64,000 nucleotides of DNA from Escherichia coli (GTDB lineage: Bacteria > Pseudomonadota > Gammaproteobacteria > Enterobacterales > Enterobacteriaceae), in the NCBI RefSeq assembly GCF_003334335.1, contig NZ_QOWQ01000013.1; one strand, given 5' to 3'. Every line of letters starts with the position of its first letter. Within the stretch, counting starts at the first letter, position 1. The notes beneath the pieces were generated by a model. The model ran no database searches. It worked only from the letters and a program-made list of their open reading frames with translations, and was not told the origin of the DNA. Positions 8,823 to 18,152 of the stretch are shown in pieces. The position numbers were made by a program, and so were the translations under genes.

Positions 8823-11800
8823 ATGATGAATAAATCCAATTTTGAATTCCTGAAGGGCGTCAACGACTTCACTTATGCCATCGCCTGTGCGGCGGAAAAT
8901 AACTACCCGGATGATCCCAACACGACGCTGATTAAAATGCGTATGTTTGGCGAAGCCACAGCGAAACATCTTGGTCTGTTACTCAACATCCCCCCTTGTG
9001 AGAATCAACACGATCTCCTGCGCGAACTCGGCAAAATCGCCTTCGTTGATGACAACATCCTCTCTGTATTCCACAAATTACGCCGCATTGGTAACCAGGC
9101 GGTGCACGAATATCATAACGATCTCGACGATGCCCAGATGTGTCTGCGGCTCGGGTTCCGCCTGGCTGTCTGGTACTACCGTCTGGTCACCAAAGATTAT
9201 GACTTCCCGGTGCCGGTGTTTGTGTTGCCGGAACGTGGCAAAAACCTCTATTACCAGGAAGTGCTGACGCTAAAACAACAGCTTGAACAGCAGGCGCGAG
9301 AAAAAGCGCAGACTCAGGCAGAAGTCGAAGCGCAACAGCAGAAGCTGGTTGCCCTGAACGGCTATATCGCCATTCTGGAAGGCAAACAGCAGGAAACAGA
9401 AGCGCAAACCCAGGCTCGCCTTGCGGCGCTGGAAGCACAGCTTGCCGAGAAGAACGCGGAACTGGCAAAACAGACCGAACAGGAACGTAAGGCTTACCAC
9501 AAAGAAATTACCGATCAGGCCATCAAGCGCACACTCAACCTTAGCGAAGAAGAGAGTCGCTTCCTGATTGACGCGCAACTGCGTAAAGCAGGCTGGCAGG
9601 CCGATAGCAAAACCCTGCGCTTCTCCAAAGGCGCGCGCCCGGAACCCGGCGTCAATAAAGCCATTGCCGAATGGCCGACCGGGAAAGATGAAACGGGTAA
9701 TCAGGGCTTTGCGGATTATGTGCTGTTTGTCGGCCTCAAGCCCATCGCGGTGGTAGAGGCGAAACGTAAAAATATCGACGTTCCCGGCAAGCTCAATGAG
9801 TCGTATCGCTACAGCAAATGCTTCGATAATGGCTTCCTGCGGGAAACCTTGCTTGAGCATTACTCGCCGGATGAAGTGCATGAAGCGGTGCCGGAGTATG
9901 AAACCAGCTGGCAGGACACCAGCGGCCAACAACGGTTTAAAATCCCCTTCTGCTACTCGACCAACGGGCGCGAATACCGCGCAGCAATGAAAACTAAAAG
10001 CGGCATCTGGTATCGCGACGTGCGTGATACCCGTAATATGTCGAAAGCCTTACCCGAGTGGCATCGCCCGGAAGAGCTGCTGGAAATGCTCGGCAGTGAA
10101 CCGCAAAAACAGAATCAGTGGTTTGCCGATAACCCTGGCATGAGCGAGCTGGGCCTGCGTTATTATCAGGAAGATGCCGTCCGCGCGGTTGAAAAGGCAA
10201 TCGTCAAGGGTCAACAAGAGATCCTGCTGGCGATGGCGACCGGTACCGGTAAAACCCGTACGGCAATCGCCATGATGTTCCGCCTGATCCAGTCCCAGCG
10301 TTTTAAACGCATTCTCTTCCTTGTCGACCGCCGTTCTCTTGGCGAGCAGGCGCTGGGGGCGTTTGAAGATACGCGTATTAACGGCGACACTTTCAACAGC
10401 ATTTTCGACATTAAAGGGCTGACGGATAAATTCCCCGAAGACAGCACCAAAATTCACGTTGCCACCGTACAGTCGCTGGTGAAACGCACCCTGCAATCAG
10501 ATGAACCGATGCCGGTGGCCCGTTACGACTGTATCGTCGTCGATGAAGCGCATCGCGGCTATATTCTCGATAAAGAGCAGACCGAAGGCGAACTGCAGTT
10601 TCGCAGCCAGCTGGATTATGTCTCTGCCTACCGTCGCATTCTCGATCACTTCGATGCGGTAAAAATCGCCCTCACCGCCACCCCGGCGCTGCATACTGTG
10701 CAGATTTTCGGCGAGCCGGTTTACCGTTATACCTACCGTACCGCGGTTATCGACGGTTTTCTGATCGACCAGGATCCGCCTATTCAGATCATCACCCGCA
10801 ACGCGCAGGAGGGGGTTTATCTCTCCAAAGGCGAGCAGGTAGAGCGCATCAGCCCGCAGGGAGAAGTGATCAACGACACCCTGGAAGACGATCAGGATTT
10901 TGAGGTCGCCGACTTTAACCGTGGCCTGGTGATCCCGGCGTTTAACCGCGCCGTCTGTAACGAACTCACCAATTATCTTGACCCGACCGGGTCACAAAAA
11001 ACGCTGGTCTTCTGCGTCACTAATGCCCATGCCGATATGGTGGTGGAAGAGCTGCGTGCCGCGTTCAAGAAAAAGTATCCGCAACTGGAGCACGACGCGA
11101 TCATCAAGATCACCGGTGATGCCGATAAAGACGCGCGCAAAGTGCAGACCATGATCACCCGCTTCAATAAAGAGCGGTTGCCCAATATCGTGGTGACCGT
11201 CGACCTGCTGACGACCGGCGTCGATATTCCGTCGATCTGTAATATCGTGTTCCTGCGTAAAGTACGCAGCCGCATTCTGTACGAACAGATGAAAGGCCGC
11301 GCCACGCGCTTATGCCCGGAGGTGAATAAAACTAGCTTTAAGATTTTTGACTGTGTCGATATCTACAGCACGCTGGAGAGCGTCGACACCATGCGTCCGG
11401 TGGTGGTGCGCCCGAAGGTGGAACTGCAAACGCTGGTCAACGAAATTACCGATTCAGAAACCTATAAAATCACCGAAGCGGATGGCCGCAGTTTTGCCGA
11501 GCACAGCCATGAACAACTGGTGGCGAAGCTCCAGCGCATCATCGGCCTGGCCACGTTTAACCGTGACCGCAGCGAAACGATAGATAAACAGGTGCGTCGT
11601 CTGGATGAGCTATGCCAGGACGCGGCGGGGGTGAACTTTAACGGCTTCGCCTCGCGTCTGCGGGAAAAAGGACCGCACTGGAGCGCCGAAGTCTTTAACA
11701 AACTGCCTGGCTTTATCGCCCGTCTGGAAAAGCTGAAAACCGATATCAACAATCTGAATGATGCGCCGATCTTCCTCGATATCGACGATGAAGTGGTGAG

Positions 11801-12335
11801 TGTAAAATCGCTGTACGGTGATTACGACACACCGCAGGATTTCCTCGAAGCCTTTGACTCGCTGGTGCAACGTTCCCCGAACGCGCAACCGGCATTGCAG
11901 GCGGTGATCAATCGCCCGCGCGATCTCACCCGTAAAGGGCTGGTCGAGCTACAGGAGTGGTTTGACCGCCAGCACTTTGAGGAATCTTCCCTGCGCAAAG
12001 CATGGAAAGAGACGCGCAATGAAGATATCGCCGCCCGGCTGATTGGTCATATTCGCCGCGCTGCGGTGGGCGATGCGCTGAAACCGTTTGAGGAACGTGT
12101 CGATCACGCGCTGACGCGTATCAAGGGCGAAAACGACTGGAGCAGCGAGCAATTAAGCTGGCTCGATCGTTTAGCGCAGGCGCTGAAAGAGAAAGTGGTG
12201 CTCGACGACGATGTCTTCAAAACCGGCAACTTCCACCGTCGCGGCGGGAAGGCGATGCTGCAAAGAACCTTTGACGATAATCTCGATACCCTGCTGGGCA
12301 AATTCAGCGATTACATCTGGGACGAGCTCGCCTGA
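8823..12335 (+). CDS. hsdR: Type I restriction enzyme R subunit HsdR (EcoKI family, IA)
   Basis: ORF 8769..12335; recalled EcoKI N-terminus MMNKSNFEFLKG gives start 8823 (1170 aa); helicase motifs GTGKT and DEAH visible. Confidence 0.95.
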   Translation: MMNKSNFEFLKGVNDFTYAIACAAENNYPDDPNTTLIKMRMFGEATAKHLGLLLNIPPCENQHDLLRELGKIAFVDDNILSVFHKLRRIGNQAVHEYHNDLDDAQMCLRLGFRLAVWYYRLVTKDYDFPVPVFVLPERGKNLYYQEVLTLKQQLEQQAREKAQTQAEVEAQQQKLVALNGYIAILEGKQQETEAQTQARLAALEAQLAEKNAELAKQTEQERKAYHKEITDQAIKRTLNLSEEESRFLIDAQLRKAGWQADSKTLRFSKGARPEPGVNKAIAEWPTGKDETGNQGFADYVLFVGLKPIAVVEAKRKNIDVPGKLNESYRYSKCFDNGFLRETLLEHYSPDEVHEAVPEYETSWQDTSGQQRFKIPFCYSTNGREYRAAMKTKSGIWYRDVRDTRNMSKALPEWHRPEELLEMLGSEPQKQNQWFADNPGMSELGLRYYQEDAVRAVEKAIVKGQQEILLAMATGTGKTRTAIAMMFRLIQSQRFKRILFLVDRRSLGEQALGAFEDTRINGDTFNSIFDIKGLTDKFPEDSTKIHVATVQSLVKRTLQSDEPMPVARYDCIVVDEAHRGYILDKEQTEGELQFRSQLDYVSAYRRILDHFDAVKIALTATPALHTVQIFGEPVYRYTYRTAVIDGFLIDQDPPIQIITRNAQEGVYLSKGEQVERISPQGEVINDTLEDDQDFEVADFNRGLVIPAFNRAVCNELTNYLDPTGSQKTLVFCVTNAHADMVVEELRAAFKKKYPQLEHDAIIKITGDADKDARKVQTMITRFNKERLPNIVVTVDLLTTGVDIPSICNIVFLRKVRSRILYEQMKGRATRLCPEVNKTSFKIFDCVDIYSTLESVDTMRPVVVRPKVELQTLVNEITDSETYKITEADGRSFAEHSHEQLVAKLQRIIGLATFNRDRSETIDKQVRRLDELCQDAAGVNFNGFASRLREKGPHWSAEVFNKLPGFIARLEKLKTDINNLNDAPIFLDIDDEVVSVKSLYGDYDTPQDFLEAFDSLVQRSPNAQPALQAVINRPRDLTRKGLVELQEWFDRQHFEESSLRKAWKETRNEDIAARLIGHIRRAAVGDALKPFEERVDHALTRIKGENDWSSEQLSWLDRLAQALKEKVVLDDDVFKTGNFHRRGGKAMLQRTFDDNLDTLLGKFSDYIWDELA

Positions 12336-12366
12336 CACGGTATCATTCCCGGCAATTTCTTCTTCT

Positions 12367-12389
12367 GCGGCCCCGAACATGCGGGCCGC
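12367..12389 (+). other. GC-rich hairpin in the hsdR-hsdM intergenic region (possible hsdR terminator or Pmod element)
   Basis: gcggcccc gaacat gcgggccgc inverted repeat; no strong T-run follows. Confidence 0.35.
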
Positions 12390-12411
12390 TGCTTAATTTA
12401 CGGAACTCACA

Positions 12412-14001
12412 ATGAACAATAACGATCTGGTCGCGAAGCTGTGGAAGCTGTGCGACAACCTGCGCGATGGCGGCGTTTCCTATCAAAACTATGTCAATGA
12501 ACTCGCCTCGCTGCTGTTTTTGAAAATGTGTAAAGAGACCGGGCAGGAAGCGGAATACCTGCCGGAAGGCTACCGCTGGGATGACCTGAAATCCCGCATC
12601 GGCCAGGAGCAGTTGCAGTTCTACCGTAACCTGCTGGTACATCTGGGCGCCGACAATCAAAAGCTGGTGCAGGCGGTGTTCCAGAACGTCAACACCACCA
12701 TTACCCAGCCAAAACAGTTGACCGAACTGGTCAGCAATATGGATTCACTGGACTGGTACAACGGTGCGCACGGTAAGTCGCGCGATGACTTCGGCGATAT
12801 GTACGAAGGGTTGTTGCAGAAGAACGCGAACGAAACCAAGTCTGGCGCGGGCCAGTACTTCACCCCGCGTCCGCTGATTAAAACCATTATTCATCTGCTG
12901 AAACCGCAGCCGCGTGAAGTAGTGCAGGACCCGGCAGCAGGTACAGCGGGCTTTTTGATTGAAGCCGACCGCTACGTTAAGTCGCAAACCAATGATCTGG
13001 ACGACCTTGATGGCGACACGCAGGATTTCCAGATCCACCGCGCGTTTATCGGCCTCGAACTGGTGCCTGGCACCCGTCGTCTGGCGCTGATGAACTGCCT
13101 GCTGCACGATATTGAAGGCAACCTCGACCACGGCGGCGCAATCCGTCTGGGCAACACCCTGGGTAGCGATGGTGAAAACCTGCCAAAGGCGCATATTGTC
13201 GCCACTAACCCGCCGTTTGGCAGCGCCGCAGGCACCAACATTACCCGCACCTTTGTCCACCCGACCAGCAACAAACAGTTGTGCTTTATGCAGCATATTA
13301 TCGAAACGCTGCATCCCGGCGGTCGTGCGGCGGTGGTGGTGCCGGATAACGTGCTGTTTGAAGGCGGCAAAGGCACCGACATCCGTCGTGACCTGATGGA
13401 TAAGTGTCATCTGCACACCATTCTGCGTCTGCCGACCGGTATTTTTTACGCGCAGGGCGTGAAAACCAACGTGCTGTTCTTTACCAAAGGGACGGTGGCA
13501 AATCCGCATCAGGATAAGAACTGTACTGATGACGTGTGGGTGTATGACCTGCGGACCAATATGCCGAGCTTCGGCAAGCGCACGCCGTTTACCGACGAGC
13601 ATTTGCAGCCGTTTGAGCGCGTATATGGCGAAAACCCGCACGGCTTAAGCCCGCGCACGGAAGGGGAATGGAGTTTTAACGCCGAAGAGACGGAAGTTGC
13701 CGACAGCGAAGAGAACAAAAATACCGATCAGCATCTGGCTACCAGCCGCTGGCGCAAGTTCAGCCGCGAGTGGATCCGCACCGCGAAATCCGATTCGCTG
13801 GATATCTCCTGGTTAAAAGATAAAGACAGTATTGATGCTGACAGCCTGCCGGAGCCGGATGTATTAACGGCAGAAGCGATGGGCGAGCTGGTACAGGCAT
13901 TGGGTGAACTGGATGCGCTGATGCGTGAACTGGGGGCGAGCGATGAGGCGGATGCGCAGCGTCAATTGCTGGAAGAAGCGTTTGGTGGGGTGAAGGAATG
14001 A
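12412..14001 (+). CDS. hsdM: Type I RM N6-adenine DNA methyltransferase subunit HsdM
   Basis: 529-aa ORF; NPPF catalytic motif (ATNPPFGSAAG) and AdoMet-binding region; 4-nt ATGA overlap with hsdS. Confidence 0.95.
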   Translation: MNNNDLVAKLWKLCDNLRDGGVSYQNYVNELASLLFLKMCKETGQEAEYLPEGYRWDDLKSRIGQEQLQFYRNLLVHLGADNQKLVQAVFQNVNTTITQPKQLTELVSNMDSLDWYNGAHGKSRDDFGDMYEGLLQKNANETKSGAGQYFTPRPLIKTIIHLLKPQPREVVQDPAAGTAGFLIEADRYVKSQTNDLDDLDGDTQDFQIHRAFIGLELVPGTRRLALMNCLLHDIEGNLDHGGAIRLGNTLGSDGENLPKAHIVATNPPFGSAAGTNITRTFVHPTSNKQLCFMQHIIETLHPGGRAAVVVPDNVLFEGGKGTDIRRDLMDKCHLHTILRLPTGIFYAQGVKTNVLFFTKGTVANPHQDKNCTDDVWVYDLRTNMPSFGKRTPFTDEHLQPFERVYGENPHGLSPRTEGEWSFNAEETEVADSEENKNTDQHLATSRWRKFSREWIRTAKSDSLDISWLKDKDSIDADSLPEPDVLTAEAMGELVQALGELDALMRELGASDEADAQRQLLEEAFGGVKE

Positions 14002-15347
14002 GTGCGGGGAAATTGCCGGAGGGGTGGGTTGAAACCTACCTTTCTGAAATATGTAGTAAACCACAATATGGTTATACAACTAAGTCGAGCTTTACAGGTA
14101 ATGTAAAATTTTTAAGAACTACAGATATTACTAAAGGTACTGTGGATTGGTCCACTGTACCTTATTGTTTGCAAAATCCTGATGATATACTTAAATATCA
14201 GCTTCAAGATCGAGATATTGTTATATCCCGGGCTGGTTCCGTAGGTTTTAGTTTTTTAGTAAAAAACCCACCGAATAATGCTGTCTTTGCTTCGTACCTG
14301 ATCAGATTCAAACCTTTTGATAATATTTCAGAGCTTTACTTGAAGCGTTTTTTAGAGTCCGGCAACTATTGGGTTCAGCTTGCCTCTATGTCGGCTGGAA
14401 ATGCATTACAAAATGTAAATGCTCAAAAATTATCCACGCTTATAGTACCAATTCCTCCACTTGCCGAACAAAAAATCATCGCTGAAAAACTCGATACGCT
14501 GCTGGCGCAGGTAGAGAGCACCAAAGCACGTCTTGAGCAAATCCCACAAATCCTGAAACGTTTTCGTCAGGCGGTGCTATCTAGTGCTGTTAGCGGTAAG
14601 TTAATTGACAAAAGCTTCGAAAATAAATTAGAAAAGCTCAATTCGTTTGTATCTATAGATATTGGTAATGCGTTCAAAAGCTCAGAGTTTAGTGATGAAG
14701 GCGTTCCATTACTCCGAGGACAAAATATAGAACCCGGAGCATTACGTTGGGATGACACAAAAAAATTCCCAATAGATAAACTTCAAAAATATTCTCATTT
14801 ATTTATTAATGAGGGCGATATTATATTAGCAATGGATCGCCCAATAATATCAAGCGGGTTAAAAATAGCTAAAGCCAAAAAAAGTGATCTTCCTTGCGTT
14901 CTGGTTCAACGAGTTGCCAGATTTAAAGATTTCGAAAATCTAATTCCTGACTATCTGTATTTGTTATTGAATGATGTGTCTTTTATTAATTATATTCAAC
15001 CAAATCAGACTGGTAGCGACATTCCGCATATCAGTGGAAAACAAATTTTAAACTTTGAGTGTAATGTCCCCTCTATCCCCGAACAACGCGAAATCGTTCG
15101 CCGCGTCGAGCAACTCTTCGCCTACGCCGACACTATAGAAAAACAGGTTAACAACGCCTTAGCCCGCGTCAACAACCTGACGCAATCCATCCTGGCAAAA
15201 GCGTTCCGTGGTGAGCTCACCGCCCAGTGGCGGGCCGAAAACCCGGAATTAATCAGCGGAGAAAACAGCGCCGCCGCGTTGCTGGAGAAAATCAAAGCTG
15301 AATGCGCAGCCAGCGGGGGTAAAAAAGCCTCGAGTAAAAAATCCTGA
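13998..15347 (+). CDS. hsdS: Type I RM specificity subunit HsdS (family IA conserved regions, distinct target-recognition domains)
   Basis: 449-aa ORF; N-terminus MSAGKLPEGW as in the EcoKI family; two AT-rich variable TRDs (about 14040-14460 and 14570-15070) separated by conserved LAEQKIIAEKLD...; conserved C-terminal IPEQREIV... Confidence 0.9.
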   Translation: MSAGKLPEGWVETYLSEICSKPQYGYTTKSSFTGNVKFLRTTDITKGTVDWSTVPYCLQNPDDILKYQLQDRDIVISRAGSVGFSFLVKNPPNNAVFASYLIRFKPFDNISELYLKRFLESGNYWVQLASMSAGNALQNVNAQKLSTLIVPIPPLAEQKIIAEKLDTLLAQVESTKARLEQIPQILKRFRQAVLSSAVSGKLIDKSFENKLEKLNSFVSIDIGNAFKSSEFSDEGVPLLRGQNIEPGALRWDDTKKFPIDKLQKYSHLFINEGDIILAMDRPIISSGLKIAKAKKSDLPCVLVQRVARFKDFENLIPDYLYLLLNDVSFINYIQPNQTGSDIPHISGKQILNFECNVPSIPEQREIVRRVEQLFAYADTIEKQVNNALARVNNLTQSILAKAFRGELTAQWRAENPELISGENSAAALLEKIKAECAASGGKKASSKKS

Positions 15348-15360
15348 TCATTATTTTCTG

Positions 15361-15386
15361 GCGCACCTTTCCGGTGCGCTTTTTAT
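15361..15386 (+). terminator. Rho-independent terminator after hsdS
   Basis: gcgcacc tttcc ggtgcgc stem-loop followed by tttttatt. Confidence 0.7.
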
Positions 15387-15481
15387 TATTTTACACCAAT
15401 CATAACCCACACAAATATATTTAAATCATTCCAGAAATTGCCTATTTTATTCTATTTTTAGCTGGACTTTCCCTGTATTTA

Positions 15482-15497
15482 CTGATGATATATCCAG
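15482..15497 (+). promoter_or_regulatory. Candidate LexA (SOS) box upstream of symE
   Basis: CTG-atgatatatc-CAG fits the CTG-N10-CAG SOS-box core with AT-rich spacer, about 80 bp upstream of the symE start. Confidence 0.45.
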
Positions 15498-15539
15498 GTA
15501 TTTAGCGCGGTGCGGATGTGCGCCAACACACCCGCACCG

Positions 15540-15620
15540 CTAATCACAATCACTATTTATAGGGAATAGCAGTTATGACTGACACGCATTCTATTGCACA
15601 ACCGTTCGAAGCAGAAGTCT
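15540..15620 (-). ncRNA. symR: SymR antisense sRNA (type I antitoxin) overlapping the symE 5' end; coordinates approximate
   Basis: Inferred from the known symE/symR arrangement; exact ends cannot be set from sequence alone. Confidence 0.3.
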
Positions 15621-15916
15621 CCCCGGCAAATAACCGTCAATTAACCGTGAGTTATGCGAGTCGCTACCCGGATTACAGCCGTATTCCCGCCATCACCCTG
15701 AAAGGTCAGTGGCTGGAAACCGCCGGTTTTGCTACCGGCACGGCGGTAGATGTCAAAGTGATGGAAGGCTGTATTGTCCTCACCGCCCAACCACCTGCCG
15801 CCGAAGAGAGCGAACTGATGCAGTCACTGCGCCAGGTGTGCAAACTGTCGGCGCGTAAACAAAAGCAGGTGCAGGAATTTATTGAGGTGATTGCCGGTAA
15901 ACGAAAAGTCGCCTGA
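15575..15916 (+). CDS. symE: SymE SOS-induced toxin-like protein (AbrB/MazE fold, RNA cleavage)
   Basis: 113-aa [37 protein letters not shown]... recognised as SymE. Confidence 0.9.
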   Translation: MTDTHSIAQPFEAEVSPANNRQLTVSYASRYPDYSRIPAITLKGQWLETAGFATGTAVDVKVMEGCIVLTAQPPAAEESELMQSLRQVCKLSARKQKQVQEFIEVIAGKRKVA

Positions 15917-15924
15917 TACATTGA

Positions 15925-15948
15925 CCCGGTAGCGCCAGTGCTACCGGG
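15925..15948. terminator. Hairpin between convergent symE and the DUF262/DUF1524 gene (probable bidirectional terminator)
   Basis: cccggtag cgccagtg ctaccggg stem-loop with T-rich tract on the plus side. Confidence 0.5.
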
Positions 15949-15962
15949 TATTATTCGCCACG

Positions 15963-18056
15963 TTATACCAACGCGCTCTCCATCTGTTTTTCAAATGCCT
16001 GACGGATTAATCCCATAATGTAAGGAAGTTGTGCGAGGTCGCTGAAACCAATTTCTACATCGCCATTGCCCCAGCGCCCAACATTTGTCACATCTTTGGC
16101 AATACCTTTCGGATCGACCAGTTCATGAAACTGCATATTAAGCGACAATCGCAGTCGGCTTTTTTGCGGCACAACATCAACAAAGTTCGTTTCCGCTTTA
16201 AACGCAATATAGAGCTTCAATACTTCCTGCGTGATCCCTGCGTCCAGGCGCATAACTTCATCGCGAAGATGATCGAATAACTCCCGACTATGCGAACCAT
16301 CAGCAAGAAAAGGAAAATCATTCAGGCTGTAATTGGTTTTGTTTTCAGGCTTCCCCCGATAAACAGCTAAAACCTCTTCAGGAAGAGCAGGCGCTTGCCA
16401 GACCTGAATTGCAAGCTCTGCCAGACGATCGGCTCGGGCGTGAATGGCGGCTTCATCCCATTTTTCGCACTGTCCAAGACCGATATTCAAATAGAGCGGG
16501 CTATGTTTAAAGCCGTCTTCAATATCGCGTTTTTCCGCGAAAGGTCTGTCACTGTAGCGGGAGTTATAGCGCGTTAATGTGAGATTCCCCAACGTATGCA
16601 ACAGTTCTTTATGAATGCGTTGCCAGTCACTTCCCAGCTCTTCACGCCATTTAGCCGACAAATTTTCGTTCTGCGGCATAATATGTTCAATCGTAAACTC
16701 TTCCACGCGCTCTCTGCGTTTATCGTTTTCCAGTCGTCGTAACCAGTAACTGCGACTGCGGAAGTTATAGAGATCGCGAACTTTTAATTCCCGTTTAAAT
16801 TCATCATCGTTGGGGAAACGACGATATGAAGGTAGATTCAGAAAATGTACCTGAATACTTTCCAGATAATTTTCTTTATTAATGACCTTATAAAAAGTAG
16901 CAAACGTCTTGTTAAGAGAATTTGTCGGAATCGCACATACTGCACGGCGGAAAACATAAGATTCAATTAAACGAATTATGTTCAGGAAATCTTCTTGAGA
17001 CAAAACGCCATTTTTATAGTCATGATAAAGCGCCAGTAAGAAAGGATACGCCACATCGACCTTTAACTCGCGCAAATCCTGAAAAGCCGTAGCAAGCGAT
17101 TTGTCACTTTCTTTTCCCAATGCCATTGCACAGTAATACTCCGCGTAGATGTGAATATCTTCAACCAGCCGATCTACGCCTTTTTCAGCAACACTCTGGC
17201 TGCGGGCATGGAGTTTAAATGCCTCATAGACTTCATCTGTCCGAGGGATCTCCCCTGTTTTTACCGTCAGATAATGACGCATAAAACTGTCAAAATATTC
17301 GCTGTAACCTTGCTGACCAAACGCGACTTCCATTGGACGCCAGTGATCTTCATACAACCGGGTTTGATGCTCTGGTTCGAGGCCCATCAGAATAAAATTG
17401 CGCACCAGATCGGCCTGACTTAACGCCTTACCGGTGGAGTTCATACTTTCAAAAATCAGTTGCGGATTATCCTGACCACGATTAAGCGCCACATCGACAA
17501 TTAATAATTTTGCTAACCCACGACATAAGGGAATCAAATCATCCCCGAGTTTGGCAATTTGTTCATCAAAGAAAGTAAAGTTTTCCATTATTCGATGGGA
17601 ATAGTTTTCTGGCATTGGTCTTTGTTTTATTAACGCCAGCAAACTGTCTTTATCAGTCTCGGTCAGCAGTAATTTAAATCCTTTCTCGCCGGACTCATAA
17701 GGATTGAGTAAATAATAATTACGCAATTTCATTGCTGAAAAGCCATCAAAAACTTCGTCTTCGCCAAGATGACGCGATAAAGCCTCAATCAGCAACATTG
17801 CGGTCGTCAGCCTTTGTTGACCATCAATGACCAGTAACGGAGAAATACCAGAAACCTGATACAACCCCTGCTCAATATAAACAACCGAACCGATAAAATG
17901 CGCTGATATATCGTCACGCTTTCCGGCACGAATGATGTCGTCCCAAAGTTGCCGACATTGTTGTTCTGTCCATGAATAAGTCCGTTGATAAATGGGAATA
18001 ACAAACTGCTGCGAACGTTTTAAAAAATCGAGTAGGCGGGCTTCTGTAGCTTTCAT
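15963..18056 (-). CDS. DUF262 (ParB-like NTPase) + DUF1524 (HNH/His-Me finger) fusion protein; GmrSD-like putative Type IV modification-dependent restriction endonuclease
   Basis: 697-aa ORF; N-terminal DGQQR motif (LVIDGQQRLTT) typical of DUF262; C-terminal region with EHIMPQN...LGNLTL His-Me finger-like motif typical of DUF1524; extra about 140-aa C-terminal extension; sits where mcrBC lies in K-12. Confidence 0.75.
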   Translation of the reverse strand: MKATEARLLDFLKRSQQFVIPIYQRTYSWTEQQCRQLWDDIIRAGKRDDISAHFIGSVVYIEQGLYQVSGISPLLVIDGQQRLTTAMLLIEALSRHLGEDEVFDGFSAMKLRNYYLLNPYESGEKGFKLLLTETDKDSLLALIKQRPMPENYSHRIMENFTFFDEQIAKLGDDLIPLCRGLAKLLIVDVALNRGQDNPQLIFESMNSTGKALSQADLVRNFILMGLEPEHQTRLYEDHWRPMEVAFGQQGYSEYFDSFMRHYLTVKTGEIPRTDEVYEAFKLHARSQSVAEKGVDRLVEDIHIYAEYYCAMALGKESDKSLATAFQDLRELKVDVAYPFLLALYHDYKNGVLSQEDFLNIIRLIESYVFRRAVCAIPTNSLNKTFATFYKVINKENYLESIQVHFLNLPSYRRFPNDDEFKRELKVRDLYNFRSRSYWLRRLENDKRRERVEEFTIEHIMPQNENLSAKWREELGSDWQRIHKELLHTLGNLTLTRYNSRYSDRPFAEKRDIEDGFKHSPLYLNIGLGQCEKWDEAAIHARADRLAELAIQVWQAPALPEEVLAVYRGKPENKTNYSLNDFPFLADGSHSRELFDHLRDEVMRLDAGITQEVLKLYIAFKAETNFVDVVPQKSRLRLSLNMQFHELVDPKGIAKDVTNVGRWGNGDVEIGFSDLAQLPYIMGLIRQAFEKQMESALV

Positions 18057-18152
18057 TCTGACGTCTTTCCGTGAAGCGATGATTTCGCAATAATAACCAC
18101 TTCCTTGTGGAGGTTATAGAGAAATCCTGTTTATCCGCGACGAACTGCCCCC

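Noticed and set aside
12745-13641. 298-aa minus-strand ORF inside hsdM, plus smaller antisense ORFs within hsdR (for example 9270..9932, 10050..10496)
   Set aside because: Antisense shadows of the Type I RM genes; no RBS or independent support.
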